DNA of 63,893 nt, filler included, from Octopus bimaculoides (lineage: Eukaryota): assembly GCF_001194135.2 (NCBI RefSeq). It is 7 parts of 7 records of this genome, joined end to end, with 100 filler letters (N's around TTAATTAATTAA, not from the genome) between each part and the next. Parts side by side here need not be neighbours in the genome. Positions count along the whole stretch, not along the records: positions 62,020 to 63,893 come from NW_026305904.1; 6 more parts are not named here. The stretch is one strand, 5' to 3'. Positions within the stretch are counted from its first letter, which is position 1. Every line of letters starts with the position of its first letter. This document shows positions 63,804 to 63,893 of the stretch, in pieces. The notes under the pieces are model-generated. The model saw nothing but the letters and a program-made list of their open reading frames with translations, searched no databases and was not told where the DNA came from. The translations under genes and the position numbers were made by a program.

Positions 63804-63893
63804 GTTGAACTGGGTAGTGTCTGTCAATTAGGGTATTTTTGATTTCTTGCAGTCTAAAGTCTCTGGTATTTTGTTCTGACACTATTGTGCATA

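Overview
AT-rich, repeat-dense animal genomic DNA from a gapped draft scaffold. The SINE/LINE repertoire suggests a coleoid cephalopod, probably Octopus (inference, no search run). No prokaryotic-type genes or CRISPR arrays; most ORFs in the track are microsatellite, repeat or N-gap artefacts. Three host genes were read by hand from splice sites: (1) a minus-strand first coding exon at 15502-15616 resembling an uncharacterised EHD/dynamin-like P-loop family; (2) a divergent plus-strand gene with ATG at 18446 and CDS end at 20869, followed by about five degenerate tandem copies of its own C-terminal coding end; (3) a minus-strand gene of very short exons (28-64 nt) that splice in phase from 38127 to a stop at 28600, with no family recognised. 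The rest is tRNA-derived SINEs, fragments of RTE, R4/Dong-like, CR1/L2-like, Penelope, mariner and Merlin elements, MITEs and satellites. Most notable: a candidate minimal hammerhead ribozyme (13565-13609, minus), a 5S rRNA head joined to a SINE/LINE 3' tail (46255-46427), a Penelope palindrome, and tandem arrays built from a SINE tail and from a gene 3' end. All coordinates were read by eye; repeat boundaries are approximate.
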